A stretch of 64,000 bases of DNA. Source: Armatimonadota bacterium. GTDB lineage: Bacteria > Armatimonadota > SYMT01. The position numbers and the translations under genes were made by a program. The notes beneath the pieces were generated by a model. That model had not been told where the DNA came from, did not search any database, and saw only the letters and a program-made list of their open reading frames with translations. Location of the stretch: contig JBKBRF010000007.1 in the NCBI GenBank assembly GCA_046292385.1, positions 32,001 to 96,000 of the forward strand, given 5' to 3'. Of this stretch, positions 18,455 through 28,094 are shown piece after piece; position 1 is the stretch's first letter, and each line of letters starts with the position of its first letter.

Positions 18455-19417
18455 ATGCGTGAGTCAGTGGAGCCGTTCTGCCCAGGACGATACGCCGCGA
18501 TCGATGTCGGGAGCCATTCGGTGCTGCTCCTGGTGGCCGACGTGGACGAAGAAGGCCGGTTGACGCCGGTGGCAGACGGCGCCCGCGCCACCCGTCTCAG
18601 CGAGCGGTACTACATCCGCAAGCGGCTGAGCCGTCCCGCGCGCGACCGCACCCTGGAGGCGATCTGCGACTTCAGCCGCATCGCGCGCCGCTGCGGCGCG
18701 GAGGGGATTGCCGCGGTCGGCACCTCCGTCCTGCGGGACGCGCCGAACGGCACCGAGTTCCGCTCGCAGGTCCGCCAGGAGTGCGGCCTCCCGATCGAGG
18801 TGATCACCGGCGAGCAGGAGGCGGAGCTGGCCTACGAGGGGAACCTTCACGACCGCCTTCTGCCGGCCTGCGACGGCGAGCGGGTCGTGATCGACGTCGG
18901 CGGCGGCAGCACGGAGCTGGTCCGCGGCATCGGCGGCACCCTCACCTCTCGCGTCAGCTTCCCGATCGGCGCGGTCCGCCTCACGGAGAGCTTCCTCCGG
19001 AGCGATCCGCCGTCCGCGGCGGAGTGCGCGGCGGCGGAGGCGGCGGTGGAGCAGGCGTTCTGCGACGTGGAGCCTCTGCTGCCCGCTTCGGTGCTGATCG
19101 GCTCCAGCGGCACGGTCTACAACCTCACTCGGGTCGCCATCGCGGGCGGACTGATCCCGGCGGAGAAGGTGCACGGCGCGGCGCTCCCGCATACGCGGGT
19201 GGCGGAGCTGGTCGACCTCTTCCGCAGCCTGCCGATCAAGTTTCGCAAGCGGGTCCCCGGGCTGGAGCCGGAGCGCGCCGACGTGATCTTCGCCGGCGCC
19301 ATGATCCTCCACCAGGTGATGGCGCGGCTCTCCGCCACGCAGCTGACCACCAGCAGCAACGGCGTCCGCCACGGCTGCATCTACAACATGGCCCGCCGCG
19401 CCCTGCTCAAGCGGTAA
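18455..19417 (+). CDS. ppx: Ppx/GppA family exopolyphosphatase (short form)
   Basis: AAIDVGSHSV, TSVLRDAPNG, ITGEQEAEL, IDVGGGSTE, PIGAVRLTE, RADVIFAG. Confidence 0.9.
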   Translation: MRESVEPFCPGRYAAIDVGSHSVLLLVADVDEEGRLTPVADGARATRLSERYYIRKRLSRPARDRTLEAICDFSRIARRCGAEGIAAVGTSVLRDAPNGTEFRSQVRQECGLPIEVITGEQEAELAYEGNLHDRLLPACDGERVVIDVGGGSTELVRGIGGTLTSRVSFPIGAVRLTESFLRSDPPSAAECAAAEAAVEQAFCDVEPLLPASVLIGSSGTVYNLTRVAIAGGLIPAEKVHGAALPHTRVAELVDLFRSLPIKFRKRVPGLEPERADVIFAGAMILHQVMARLSATQLTTSSNGVRHGCIYNMARRALLKR

Positions 19418-19455
19418 GCTGCCGGGCTGCGCTCGACGAGATGGGTGGCTCGTTA

Positions 19456-19547
19456 TCAGGTTGTCAGGTTACAGGTTGGCAGGTTCCGAACCCCGTCTCC
19501 GGAGTGCCTGACTTGCAGCTTGCCAACTTGCTAACCTACGAACCTGC
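19456..19547. repeat. CAGGTT/AACCTG-family palindromic repeat
   Basis: CAGGTTGTCAGGTTACAGGTTGGCAGGTT...AACTTGCTAACCTACGAACCTG. Confidence 0.8.
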
Positions 19548-19604
19548 GTGATGCGACAGGTCCGCCGTCTCTCGGCAGACAATCTCTCACCGGAGGTGGC
19601 CTCG

Positions 19605-20501
19605 ATGCGCGTTCTCAAGAGCCTGGGTGCGGTCCTCATCGGTGCGGCGGTCCTGGCCGCGGCTCCCGGAGCGAGTGAGGAAGGGCGGATGCTGCCGCTG
19701 ACCCTGCGCCGGCAGGTGGAAGCGGGCGGCCGGTTTACGCCGCAGGAGACGAAGGTCCGCTGGAAGCCTGCGGAGACGGCGGTGATCGTGATCGACATGT
19801 GGGACCGCCACTGGTGCGCCGGCGCGAATCGCCGCGGCGCGGAGCTGGCCCCGCGGGCGGACCGCTTCGTCGCCCGCGCCCGGGAAGCGGGAGCACTGAT
19901 CGTTCACGCCCCCAGCGGCTGCATGGAGGCGTACCGCGATCATCCCGCCCGCCGCCGCGCCCAGAGCGCCCCGCCTGCCCCGAACCTGCCGGAGGGCATC
20001 GAGAAGTGGTGCTACTCGATCCCGGCGGAGGAGCGCGGCAAGTACCCGCTGGACCAGACCGACGGCGGCTGCGACTGCCAGCCGAAATGCGCCACCAGCA
20101 ATCCCTGGAAGCGGCAGATGGACGCGATCCGCATCCGGGACGAGGACGCGATCAGCGACTCCGGGCCGGAGGTCTGGAACCTGCTGGAGCAGCGCGGCAT
20201 CCGCAACGTCCTGATTCTGGGGGTCCACACCAACATGTGCATCCTGGGCCGCCCGTTCGGGCTGCGGAACATGGCGCGCTTCGGGAAGAACGTCGCGCTC
20301 GTCCGCGACCTCACCGACACGATGTACAATCCCCGGGCCTGGCCCTACGTCGACCACTTCCGCGGAACCGGGCTGATCGTGGAGCATATCGAGAAGTACG
20401 TCTGCCCCACCGTCTCCTCGGAGCAGCTCCTCGGCGGGAAGCCGTTCCGCTTCCGTGAGGCTCCCACGCCGGAGCCGAAGCGCGGCAGCGACGCGGAATA
20501 G
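19605..20501 (+). CDS. Secreted isochorismatase/cysteine hydrolase family protein
   Basis: Signal peptide; TAVIVIDMWDRHWC, GVHTNMCILGRPFG, RDLTDTMYNP; SD GGAGG. Confidence 0.8.
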   Translation: MRVLKSLGAVLIGAAVLAAAPGASEEGRMLPLTLRRQVEAGGRFTPQETKVRWKPAETAVIVIDMWDRHWCAGANRRGAELAPRADRFVARAREAGALIVHAPSGCMEAYRDHPARRRAQSAPPAPNLPEGIEKWCYSIPAEERGKYPLDQTDGGCDCQPKCATSNPWKRQMDAIRIRDEDAISDSGPEVWNLLEQRGIRNVLILGVHTNMCILGRPFGLRNMARFGKNVALVRDLTDTMYNPRAWPYVDHFRGTGLIVEHIEKYVCPTVSSEQLLGGKPFRFREAPTPEPKRGSDAE

Positions 20502-20509
20502 ACCACGCG

Positions 20510-20821
20510 ATGAACCGGACCACCTTCAAATTCACGCTCGAGTTCCAGTCGGAAGATCCCCACTCCGACCACGCCCGGCTGGTCGAGTTGCTGAGCCGCG
20601 TGCCTGGGGTCGAAGCCGTCGCGACCGTCGAAGAGATTACCGAAGGCTGCCCGGTCGCCCGCCTGGCCGTCGACACGCACTTCCAGGACTCGCAGCAGGC
20701 CTGGAGCCTCTACAACCGGCTTACGCGGCAAATCCATACCTGCGCCGGCGTCTATCTCTGGAAGCGCGAGTGCCGCCTGGCCGAGATGCACGCGAGCGAA
20801 GAGGCGCTGCGGGAGAGCTGA
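20510..20821 (+). CDS. Hypothetical protein (103 aa)
   Basis: Host-like codon usage; starts 8 nt after the previous gene. Confidence 0.6.
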   Translation: MNRTTFKFTLEFQSEDPHSDHARLVELLSRVPGVEAVATVEEITEGCPVARLAVDTHFQDSQQAWSLYNRLTRQIHTCAGVYLWKRECRLAEMHASEEALRES

Positions 20822-20966
20822 ACGCTCGGCCGGGATGGGGTGGAGAGCGGGGAGGCACGGGTGCGGCAACCCTCACCCGAACCGAAGGTGAACGGCTCGC
20901 CGGAAAACAACGCGGCCCGTCCCGGAGAGGGACGGGCCGCGCTCTTCGTTCGGACGGCTGCGGAGG

Positions 20967-21497
20967 TTACACACCTGCCTGGTAGAGGGCCTCCAGCCAG
21001 TAGTAACCACCATCCGCTCGGATGAGGGACTCGAGCCAGTGGGTGAAACTGGCTGCGATCGGTCGCCATTCGCGGGGCTGCTCGGAATGGATCCCGTCCA
21101 GGACGTGGCCGGTTTCCAGATCGAACGCGAGGAAATCGCCGGACCCGTTTACACGGGCGAAGACCGCGTAGCGCTCCAGGGCCTCAGTTCCGTAAAAGTC
21201 CTCTTCTTCCTCCTGCAGATCCACAATCAGCTCGGTCGACGCAATTCCGACCCCGTGCAGGCCGGACTCGTTGACGAACAGGTTGGCGCCGTTGGTGAAG
21301 CGCCAGAAGACCTGGAAGTCGACGGGGAGCTTGCGCCGCAGCCGCGTCTCCGCGGCGGCGACCGCCTGATCCTCCGCCGGAGGGAAGAGCATCACCTCAT
21401 ACCAGTCGGATACGCTGCCGGTCTCGACTCGCAGCCCACCGTCCGCATGGATGCGGCGGAGCTCTGCGAGTAACGGCGCCAGAGGATGACTGTCCAC
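20967..21497 (-). CDS. SMI1/KNR4 (SUKH) family protein
   Basis: PPA...AETRL..KLPVDF..FW..TNG, GDFLAFD, IAASFTHWLE. Confidence 0.85.
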   Translation of the reverse strand: MDSHPLAPLLAELRRIHADGGLRVETGSVSDWYEVMLFPPAEDQAVAAAETRLRRKLPVDFQVFWRFTNGANLFVNESGLHGVGIASTELIVDLQEEEEDFYGTEALERYAVFARVNGSGDFLAFDLETGHVLDGIHSEQPREWRPIAASFTHWLESLIRADGGYYWLEALYQAGV

Positions 21498-21652
21498 GGA
21501 AAGGCTCCTGCACCGGCGCTCCGAGAGGGGCCGCGCCGGACACCGCTCTGTTCCCCGCCCTGGGCACCGGTTCCTCCCGCCCGGTGCTATCGCGCATCTT
21601 TCACACGCCCGGTGGAGCCGCCGCTGCTCTGCCGGCGCGTCTTTTGAAGAGA

Positions 21653-21683
21653 GCGGACCCCGGGGAGCTCCCCCGGGGTCCGC
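21653..21683. terminator. GC hairpin, probable terminator of the DUF4139 gene
   Basis: GCGGACCCCGGGG-AGCTC-CCCCGGGGTCCGC. Confidence 0.6.
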
Positions 21684-21690
21684 ACCTCGT

Positions 21691-23925
21691 CTAACCTACC
21701 GACAGGCTGTCGAGGTACTGCCGCAGCTCCTGCTGGGCTTCCGCCTCCTGCTGGCGCAGCCGCCGCTGCTCCGCGCGCAGCGTCTCGATCTGCGCCTCCT
21801 GCTCGGTCAGCTTCTGCACGTACTGCATGTAGAGCGGGCTGTTGCGGTCGAGCCGCTCCATGTTCTGGCGGATGCGGGCCTGCTCCGCGTCGATCTCCTT
21901 CAGCTCCGCCTCCACCGCGGCGCGGCGGCCCTGGAGCTCGGTGATCTTGCGGCGGCGCGTCACCAGCTCTTCCAGGGCACGCTTCACCTCCGGGCTGACG
22001 CGGTCGTTCCGCGTGTAGGTGAGGAGGAGGTCCAGGTCGGCGTCGAGCAGCGCTACCGTCTCCGTAACCGGCCGCTCCGTGCTGACGGTCAGCTTCTCCG
22101 TCTCCCCCGGGGCCACCGTCACCCGGAAGCGGTAGGCCTCCGGCGTGATCTCCGCGGCGGTTTTCGGCTGCGCCAGGTCGAAGCCCTCGTCCTTCGCCTG
22201 CTGCACCAGGAGCGTCTTTGCCGTCTTGCCCTTGTTGCGGAAGCTGTAGGTGCGGGTGAGGTGCTGCTTGCGGGTGATGTGCAGCACGCCGCTCTTGATG
22301 CTGATCGTCACGTTCTCCGCGCGGGGCTGCGGCCCTTCCTGGTCGGCAACCAGGTCGAGGTCCACCGCGTACGCGAGCAGCCGCTCCTCGCCCGGACCGA
22401 CGTGCCCCACCTGCGCGTCGCCCGCGTAGGCGTCGTCCTCGAAGACGGTGATCGGCCCGCCGGAGAGGTCGAGCCCGGTGGTGTTCTTCAGCCGGAAGCC
22501 GCGGAGCGCGTGCCGGGAATCGGCGCTCGGATCGAAGATCGAGAGCCGCTCGCCCTGGATGCCGGCGCCGACGATCGGCACCATCGCCGCCTTGCCGCGA
22601 GGGAGGGTGACCGGCTGCTGGATGGCGTACTCGAACAGCTCGCCGCGCTCCGCACCCTCCGCCTGAGCCTGGGTCCCCTCTACGCCCTCAATGGAGAGAC
22701 CGAGGTCCCGGCGACGCTCCCGGGAAAGCTGCTCCAGCGCGGCACGGTCGCTCGGCCCCGGCGCTCCCGCGGGTCCCGGCGGGCCCTGCGGTCCCCGGTC
22801 CCCGGCAGCGCCCGCCCGCGCGCCCAGGTTGACGCTGCCGGTAATCTTGGGCATGCGCGCGATCGTAGCGGCCGCCTTGGCATCCTCGAACACTTCTACC
22901 GCCTCACCGTAGAGCTGCGGGCGCGGAGAGCCGACCACCTGCGGCTGCACGACGGGGCGGGGGACGTAGAGCGGCTGGTAGAGGTCCTGGATGAAGCTGA
23001 TCGGCCGTCCGGAGACGAGCGAGAGCCGCACGTCGCGCCAGTCCTCCCCCGTCGTGTTCTCCACGATCGCCCAGCCCTGCAGATACGCGCCTCCGGCCCC
23101 GTTCGGCGCCGGCGCGGCCGGCTGCTGACCGGTGGCAGGCTGCCCGGGGGCGGGCTTGTCGTCCAGCACCAGGCGGTAGCTCGTCTTCCAGACCGGCGTC
23201 TCCTGCAGGTAGCCGGCCCGCACCTCCCGCGCCGCGTCACCGGTGAAGCGCAGCTCTACCTCTCGCTGCTCGTCGGAGAGGCCGGTCGCCAGGAGCGCCA
23301 GGCTGTCCCGCAGCTCGCGGTCGAGCCGCTCGTCCAGCAGCTGCACCTGCTGCACCGCCTCCAGCGGGACCGCCCGCAGGCCGGTCGCCGTCAGCACGTT
23401 CAGCACCTCCTGCTCCACCGGCGGGTGCCCGTCCCGCACCGGCGGCACCACTTTGCTGCTGACGCTGACCAGCCGCCCTTCCACCTGCTCCTTGGCGAGG
23501 TGGAGGCGCAGGCGGGCGCCCTGGAACTGCCGCAGGAGGGCGCCGAGCGAGACGCTGCTGCCGGTGGCGAGGGCGCGGACCCCGGGGCGGAGGAGGTGCG
23601 CGTCCTGCGTCGTGTACGTGACGGGGCGCACCTGCCCCTGCGGATCGATCAATACCAGGCTCTTCAGGATGTCGTTCACCTGGCCCGCCCGGAACGAGAG
23701 CTTGAGCGAGGTGGTGCCGCGGACGGTGCCGCGCCGCTGGAAGTAGCCGACGCCGCTGCTGAAGAGCACCACGTCCTTCAGCGGCAGCGGCTGCGCGGGG
23801 GCGGCGGGGCCGCCCTCCTGCGCCCGCAGCGGCGCCGCCGCCACCCCGCAGGAAAGCAGCGCGAGCGCCAATAGGGTCAAGCGCGGCGGGACAGTGCGCC
23901 GCGCGCGAACGTTCGTAAGGGACAT
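21691..23925 (-). CDS. Secreted DUF4139/DUF4140-like protein with a C-terminal coiled coil
   Basis: LFSSGVGYF, NDILKSL, WKTSYRL, LQGWAIVENTTGEDW, LVSGRPISF. Confidence 0.8.
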   Translation of the reverse strand: MSLTNVRARRTVPPRLTLLALALLSCGVAAAPLRAQEGGPAAPAQPLPLKDVVLFSSGVGYFQRRGTVRGTTSLKLSFRAGQVNDILKSLVLIDPQGQVRPVTYTTQDAHLLRPGVRALATGSSVSLGALLRQFQGARLRLHLAKEQVEGRLVSVSSKVVPPVRDGHPPVEQEVLNVLTATGLRAVPLEAVQQVQLLDERLDRELRDSLALLATGLSDEQREVELRFTGDAAREVRAGYLQETPVWKTSYRLVLDDKPAPGQPATGQQPAAPAPNGAGGAYLQGWAIVENTTGEDWRDVRLSLVSGRPISFIQDLYQPLYVPRPVVQPQVVGSPRPQLYGEAVEVFEDAKAAATIARMPKITGSVNLGARAGAAGDRGPQGPPGPAGAPGPSDRAALEQLSRERRRDLGLSIEGVEGTQAQAEGAERGELFEYAIQQPVTLPRGKAAMVPIVGAGIQGERLSIFDPSADSRHALRGFRLKNTTGLDLSGGPITVFEDDAYAGDAQVGHVGPGEERLLAYAVDLDLVADQEGPQPRAENVTISIKSGVLHITRKQHLTRTYSFRNKGKTAKTLLVQQAKDEGFDLAQPKTAAEITPEAYRFRVTVAPGETEKLTVSTERPVTETVALLDADLDLLLTYTRNDRVSPEVKRALEELVTRRRKITELQGRRAAVEAELKEIDAEQARIRQNMERLDRNSPLYMQYVQKLTEQEAQIETLRAEQRRLRQQEAEAQQELRQYLDSLSVG

Positions 23926-24334
23926 GGAAGGGTTCTCCCGTCTGGCCGGCGCCGCAGCCCGGCAGCACTGGTGTGGCAACAGAAAGTTGGACGCCGCCCC
24001 GCGCGCCAGGGTTACCCCCCCTCTGGCTTAGCGGCCGGCTCGCTCACTGGTGAGGCCCGACTGGGTGCAAGGGAGAGTGGGAGAAACCGCCCTCGGGAGC
24101 AGGGCTCGCTTGCCGGGTACGGTAGCATTCCGGGAGCGCCATTGAGAAAGAGAATGAGAAGGAGAAAGAGTAGGAGTGTCCGTACCGGAAGGTTCGGATT
24201 CATCCCGCATTCTTCCGCCCTCATCCCTCTAGCTCCCGTGCTCTCCTTTGCACCGACTCAGTTCCGCGTGAGGCGGGCACTGGCGGGGGCGGGGTAAAAT
24301 AGCTTTCGTCATCGGAACCCAGAGGAGTGCACCC

Positions 24335-24601
24335 ATGCCGACCGGCAAGTCGGACCAGCCCGCCACTATCCAGGACGTGAAGAACGCCGCCGACGAAGTA
24401 CTGGCCCGCCTGAGCGGCCCGGAGCTCACCGCCTCCGGCCTGTTCCCCTTCGGAATCACGCAGATCGCCATCTCCGTAAAGGCGGGCGACGCCGAGATCA
24501 ACGTGCAGATCGCCGGACCGGACCACGCTCACGGGGACGAGGGCGAGTGGTTCGAAGAGGAGATGGGCGATCTGTTCGACGAGGATGACGACGAGCTCTA
24601 A
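24335..24601 (+). CDS. Hypothetical protein with an acidic C-terminus
   Basis: SD GAGGAG; host-like codon usage. Confidence 0.65.
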   Translation: MPTGKSDQPATIQDVKNAADEVLARLSGPELTASGLFPFGITQIAISVKAGDAEINVQIAGPDHAHGDEGEWFEEEMGDLFDEDDDEL

Positions 24602-25454
24602 CGACACCGCTGCTGTCTCCTCGGTGAGCGCCGCCCCGGCCAGGCTCCCGCGGCAACCCACGCCTGATCCCGAGCTGGAGTGGCTGATCGAGAGGATCTC
24701 CAGCGGGTATGGGTTCGACGTGCGCGCCTACAAGCGGTCGACGCTCTACCGCCGCATCCGGAAGCGCATGCACGACGCGCGCTGCGGGTCCCCCCGGGAG
24801 TATCTCTTGCGCCTGGAGGGGGACCCGGAGGAGCTGCAGCAGCTCCTCTCCACGCTGCTGATCAACATCACGGAGTTCTTCCGCGATCCCGAAGCGTGGG
24901 AAGCGCTGCGCCGGCTCGCGCTGGAGCCGCTCCTCCAGGACCGTGCTCCGGACCAGCCGGTGCGGGCCTGGAGCGTCGGCTGCGCCACTGGCGAGGAGGC
25001 GTACTCCCTCGCCATGCTGCTCTCCGGCTGGACCGACGCGGGGGGCACGCTCAAGCTGTTCGCCACCGACGTGAGCCAGCCGGCGCTGGCCGCGGCCCGG
25101 ACCGGCACCTACCCGCACTCCAGCCTCCGAAACGTCTCTCCGGACCGGCTGGAGCGGTTCTTCGAGCCGCGGACCTTCGGTTACGCCGTCCGGCGAGAGC
25201 TGCGCGCCGCCGTCACCTTCGGCGCTCACGACATCCTACGCGATCCCCCGATCTCCCGGCTCGATCTACTCGTCTGCCGAAACGTGCTGATCTATCTCGG
25301 GCGGGAGGCGCAGCATCAGGTGCTCCGCCGCTTCCACTACGCCCTCCGCGAAGGCGGCTGCCTCTTCCTGGGGAAGGCGGAGACCCTGATGACGCGCTCC
25401 CACCTGTTCGAGCCCCTCGATTCCCGCTACCGCATCTTCCGACGATTACCCTAG
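24585..25454 (+). CDS. cheR: CheR-type protein-glutamate O-methyltransferase (stand-alone)
   Basis: YKRSTLYRRIRKRM, INITEFFRDP, WSVGCATGEEAYSLA, CRNVLIY, LFLGKAE; start uncertain. Confidence 0.9.
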   Translation: MTTSSNDTAAVSSVSAAPARLPRQPTPDPELEWLIERISSGYGFDVRAYKRSTLYRRIRKRMHDARCGSPREYLLRLEGDPEELQQLLSTLLINITEFFRDPEAWEALRRLALEPLLQDRAPDQPVRAWSVGCATGEEAYSLAMLLSGWTDAGGTLKLFATDVSQPALAAARTGTYPHSSLRNVSPDRLERFFEPRTFGYAVRRELRAAVTFGAHDILRDPPISRLDLLVCRNVLIYLGREAQHQVLRRFHYALREGGCLFLGKAETLMTRSHLFEPLDSRYRIFRRLP

Positions 25455-25621
25455 CTCCGCTTTCGCCAGCGCGCCCTCCCGAACTGAGAAGCGGAACTCT
25501 CTCTGTCCCTCTGTCTCTCCGTCCAGCCGGCAGGCAGCGGCTCCCACCCCGGGCATGTTTTGAACCCGGACCCGCACGGAAAAATGCGAGTGCCGGGAGC
25601 TGAATGTAATGCGGATAGAAC

Positions 25622-26116
25622 ATGCTCGAAATTAAGCAAAAAGCTGGCGGGAAGGTACTGCTCCGGCTCCGCCAACCGACTCTACGCGGAGCTGATCTCC
25701 GGGGGCGGGACCTCTTCTGGGCTGACTTGCCGGGAACGGATCTTACCGGGGCGATTCTGGAGGACGCGGATATCGGTTACGCCGATCTCACCGGCGCCAC
25801 GCTGACTTCCGCACGCCTGCACTGCGCGAACCTTCAGCGCGCGCGCCTGGACCACGCCGTCCTCCATCAGGCCGACCTGCGCCAGGCGAACCTGCGCGGC
25901 GCCAGCCTGCGCGGTGCGACCCTGCGGGGGGCGAACCTGAGCGGAGCCAACCTGGCGGGGGCAGACCTGACCGACGCTGACTGCACCGGCGCCGTGGTGA
26001 CGGGCGTCTACTACGATCACACCACGCGCGGGGCGAGCGGATTCCTGACCCGGCTGCACGGCGAGGAGGACGAGGACGACGTGCAGAGCCCGTCCACCAA
26101 CTCAACGGCGCAGTAG
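25622..26116 (+). CDS. Pentapeptide repeat protein
   Basis: A(D/N)Lxx repeats, e.g. ADLRQ ANLRG ASLRG ANLSG ANLAG ADLTD. Confidence 0.9.
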   Translation: MLEIKQKAGGKVLLRLRQPTLRGADLRGRDLFWADLPGTDLTGAILEDADIGYADLTGATLTSARLHCANLQRARLDHAVLHQADLRQANLRGASLRGATLRGANLSGANLAGADLTDADCTGAVVTGVYYDHTTRGASGFLTRLHGEEDEDDVQSPSTNSTAQ

Positions 26117-26268
26117 CGATCGCCACGCCAGGGGTGGATCGGCGCAGGGCACGTCCGGGCTCCCGACAGCCCGCCCTACGAGTGAACTCGGGGCTACAGG
26201 GAGCGAAGCCCCGAAAGCTTTCGGGGCTGCCAAACCGCAGTCTGCGCGGGAAGCCTCTGCTGATTCCT

Positions 26269-27729
26269 TCAGGTTCCCTTCGCGTCCTTCGCGGAGACTT
26301 CGCGCCTTCGCGTTCGTTCGGGATCAGCACTCCGGATCGCGCGTCCGTTTCCCGGCCCGGGGACCAGCTTTCCGTCCCGCACGGCGAAGCGACCGTTGAC
26401 CAGCACGTGCCGGACACCGCGGCTGTACTGGCGGGCGTTCTGGAAGGTGGCCTGGTCCAGCACGGTGCGGGGGTCGAAGACGGTCACGTCGGCGTCCATG
26501 CCGGGAGAGAGGCGGCCCTTCCGCTTGAGCGCCGGGGCGCCCGGCTCGATCCGCTGCACCGGCTGCACCGTCATCTTGCGGAGAGCGGTCGCGAGCGGCA
26601 GCACCTTCCGCTCGCGGACGTAGCGGCCGAGCACGCGGGAGAAGGTGCCGGCCCCGCGCGGGTGACTCACCTCGCCCTCGCCGATCCAGCCGTCGCTGGC
26701 GACGGAGACGGCGGGATGACGCAGCGCCAGCTCGATCTCCGCTTCCGGAATCTGGTGGCAGGCGACGAAGCCGCCCATCTCCCGGAAGCGGGGGAAGCTC
26801 TGCTCCGTGACGCGCTCGCCGGTGGCGACCCAGACGAGGTCGTCGTAGCCGAGCAGGTACTTCTCCTGCCAGCCCGGGTCGAAGATGGCGCTCTGGATGC
26901 GCGTCATCCAGGCGTCGTACGGATAGATGTCGGCGGCGAGGTCGATCTTGCGGGCGCGGGCGCGGTCGAGCAGCGCCAGCGCCTCCTTTTGCCGGCGGAT
27001 CGCCATGCTCCCGATGTGGGCCACCTGCACCCGCGCGCCGGTGAGCGCGCCGGCGGCGATCAGCTCGTTGATCCCCTGGAACGGGTCGAGCAGGTGGGGC
27101 AGCCGGATGTGGGAGTGGACGCCGGTCCGGTGCCGCGCCGCCACCTCCGCCAGCGCGGTCACCTCCTGCCCACTGGTGCCGGGGATGTACTCCACCCCGA
27201 AGCCGACACCCAGCGCGCCCTCCCGGTGAGCGGTTTCCGCCAGGCGGGCCATGCGCGCGGTCTGCTCCGGCGTGGCGGGCGCGCCGCGGTCCGCCGCTCC
27301 CACCGCTTCCCGCAGCGAGCCGTGTCCCACCACGGTGCCGAAGTGGACCAGCGGCCGGCGGCGCGCCTGCTCCGCCAGCCAGTCCGCCACCTTTACCGGA
27401 CCTCCGTGCGTGGAGAGCACGGTCGTGACGCCGTCCATCACCTTGTAGGCGTCCCCCTCCGGATGAGTGCTGGAGAGGATGTCGACGAATCCCGGCGCGA
27501 CCACCAGGCCGCGCGCGTCGACTCGGACCCGTCCCCGCAGCCCGCGGCCGGAGGTCGTCTCCACGCGGCCGCCGCGGATGCCGATGTCGGCGGTACGATC
27601 GGTCCCGCTCGCCGGATCGATCACTCGCCCGCCGGAGAGCACCACGTCGTAGACCGGTCCGCCGGCCTGCCCGGAGGCGGATCCGGCGCCGAGGACCAGC
27701 GCCGCGCCGAGCGCAGCTAGCAAACGCAC
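26269..27729 (-). CDS. Secreted amidohydrolase (N-acyl-D-amino acid deacylase-like)
   Basis: GGRVIDP, VAPGFVD, ASDG, HPRGAGTFSRVLG, KGRLSPGMDADVTVFDP, VLVNG. Confidence 0.88.
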   Translation of the reverse strand: MRLLAALGAALVLGAGSASGQAGGPVYDVVLSGGRVIDPASGTDRTADIGIRGGRVETTSGRGLRGRVRVDARGLVVAPGFVDILSSTHPEGDAYKVMDGVTTVLSTHGGPVKVADWLAEQARRRPLVHFGTVVGHGSLREAVGAADRGAPATPEQTARMARLAETAHREGALGVGFGVEYIPGTSGQEVTALAEVAARHRTGVHSHIRLPHLLDPFQGINELIAAGALTGARVQVAHIGSMAIRRQKEALALLDRARARKIDLAADIYPYDAWMTRIQSAIFDPGWQEKYLLGYDDLVWVATGERVTEQSFPRFREMGGFVACHQIPEAEIELALRHPAVSVASDGWIGEGEVSHPRGAGTFSRVLGRYVRERKVLPLATALRKMTVQPVQRIEPGAPALKRKGRLSPGMDADVTVFDPRTVLDQATFQNARQYSRGVRHVLVNGRFAVRDGKLVPGPGNGRAIRSADPERTRRREVSAKDAKGT

Positions 27730-28094
27730 AGAGGGCTGCACTTTCTGGCGCTGGCTCGCATTTGGGAGTCGGCGCCCGCGTCTGCGGACGAGGCGGCAGC
27801 AAGCAGCGAGCATTTCGGGATGGCCCTCCGGAGCGCGGGCAGCGACTGGGCGGGAGCAGCCGCCTCGTCGTTCGTATTCTACGCGCGGCGGAGGCACGCT
27901 GTTCAGTGGCAAGCGGATCCACTGCCGGGCGAGCGGGCGCTGAAGGTGTGATCGGACAGGGGTTTGGAGTGTAAGGCCTTCGGGGATAAGGGGTTGGAGC
28001 CGGGACGGCAGCCGACGCGTGCGTGCCGCTGCCCGGTCGAGTTTACGCCCATCAATGCCGGCCTGCCCGGCCTGTCAGTTAGGAACAGCTTCTC

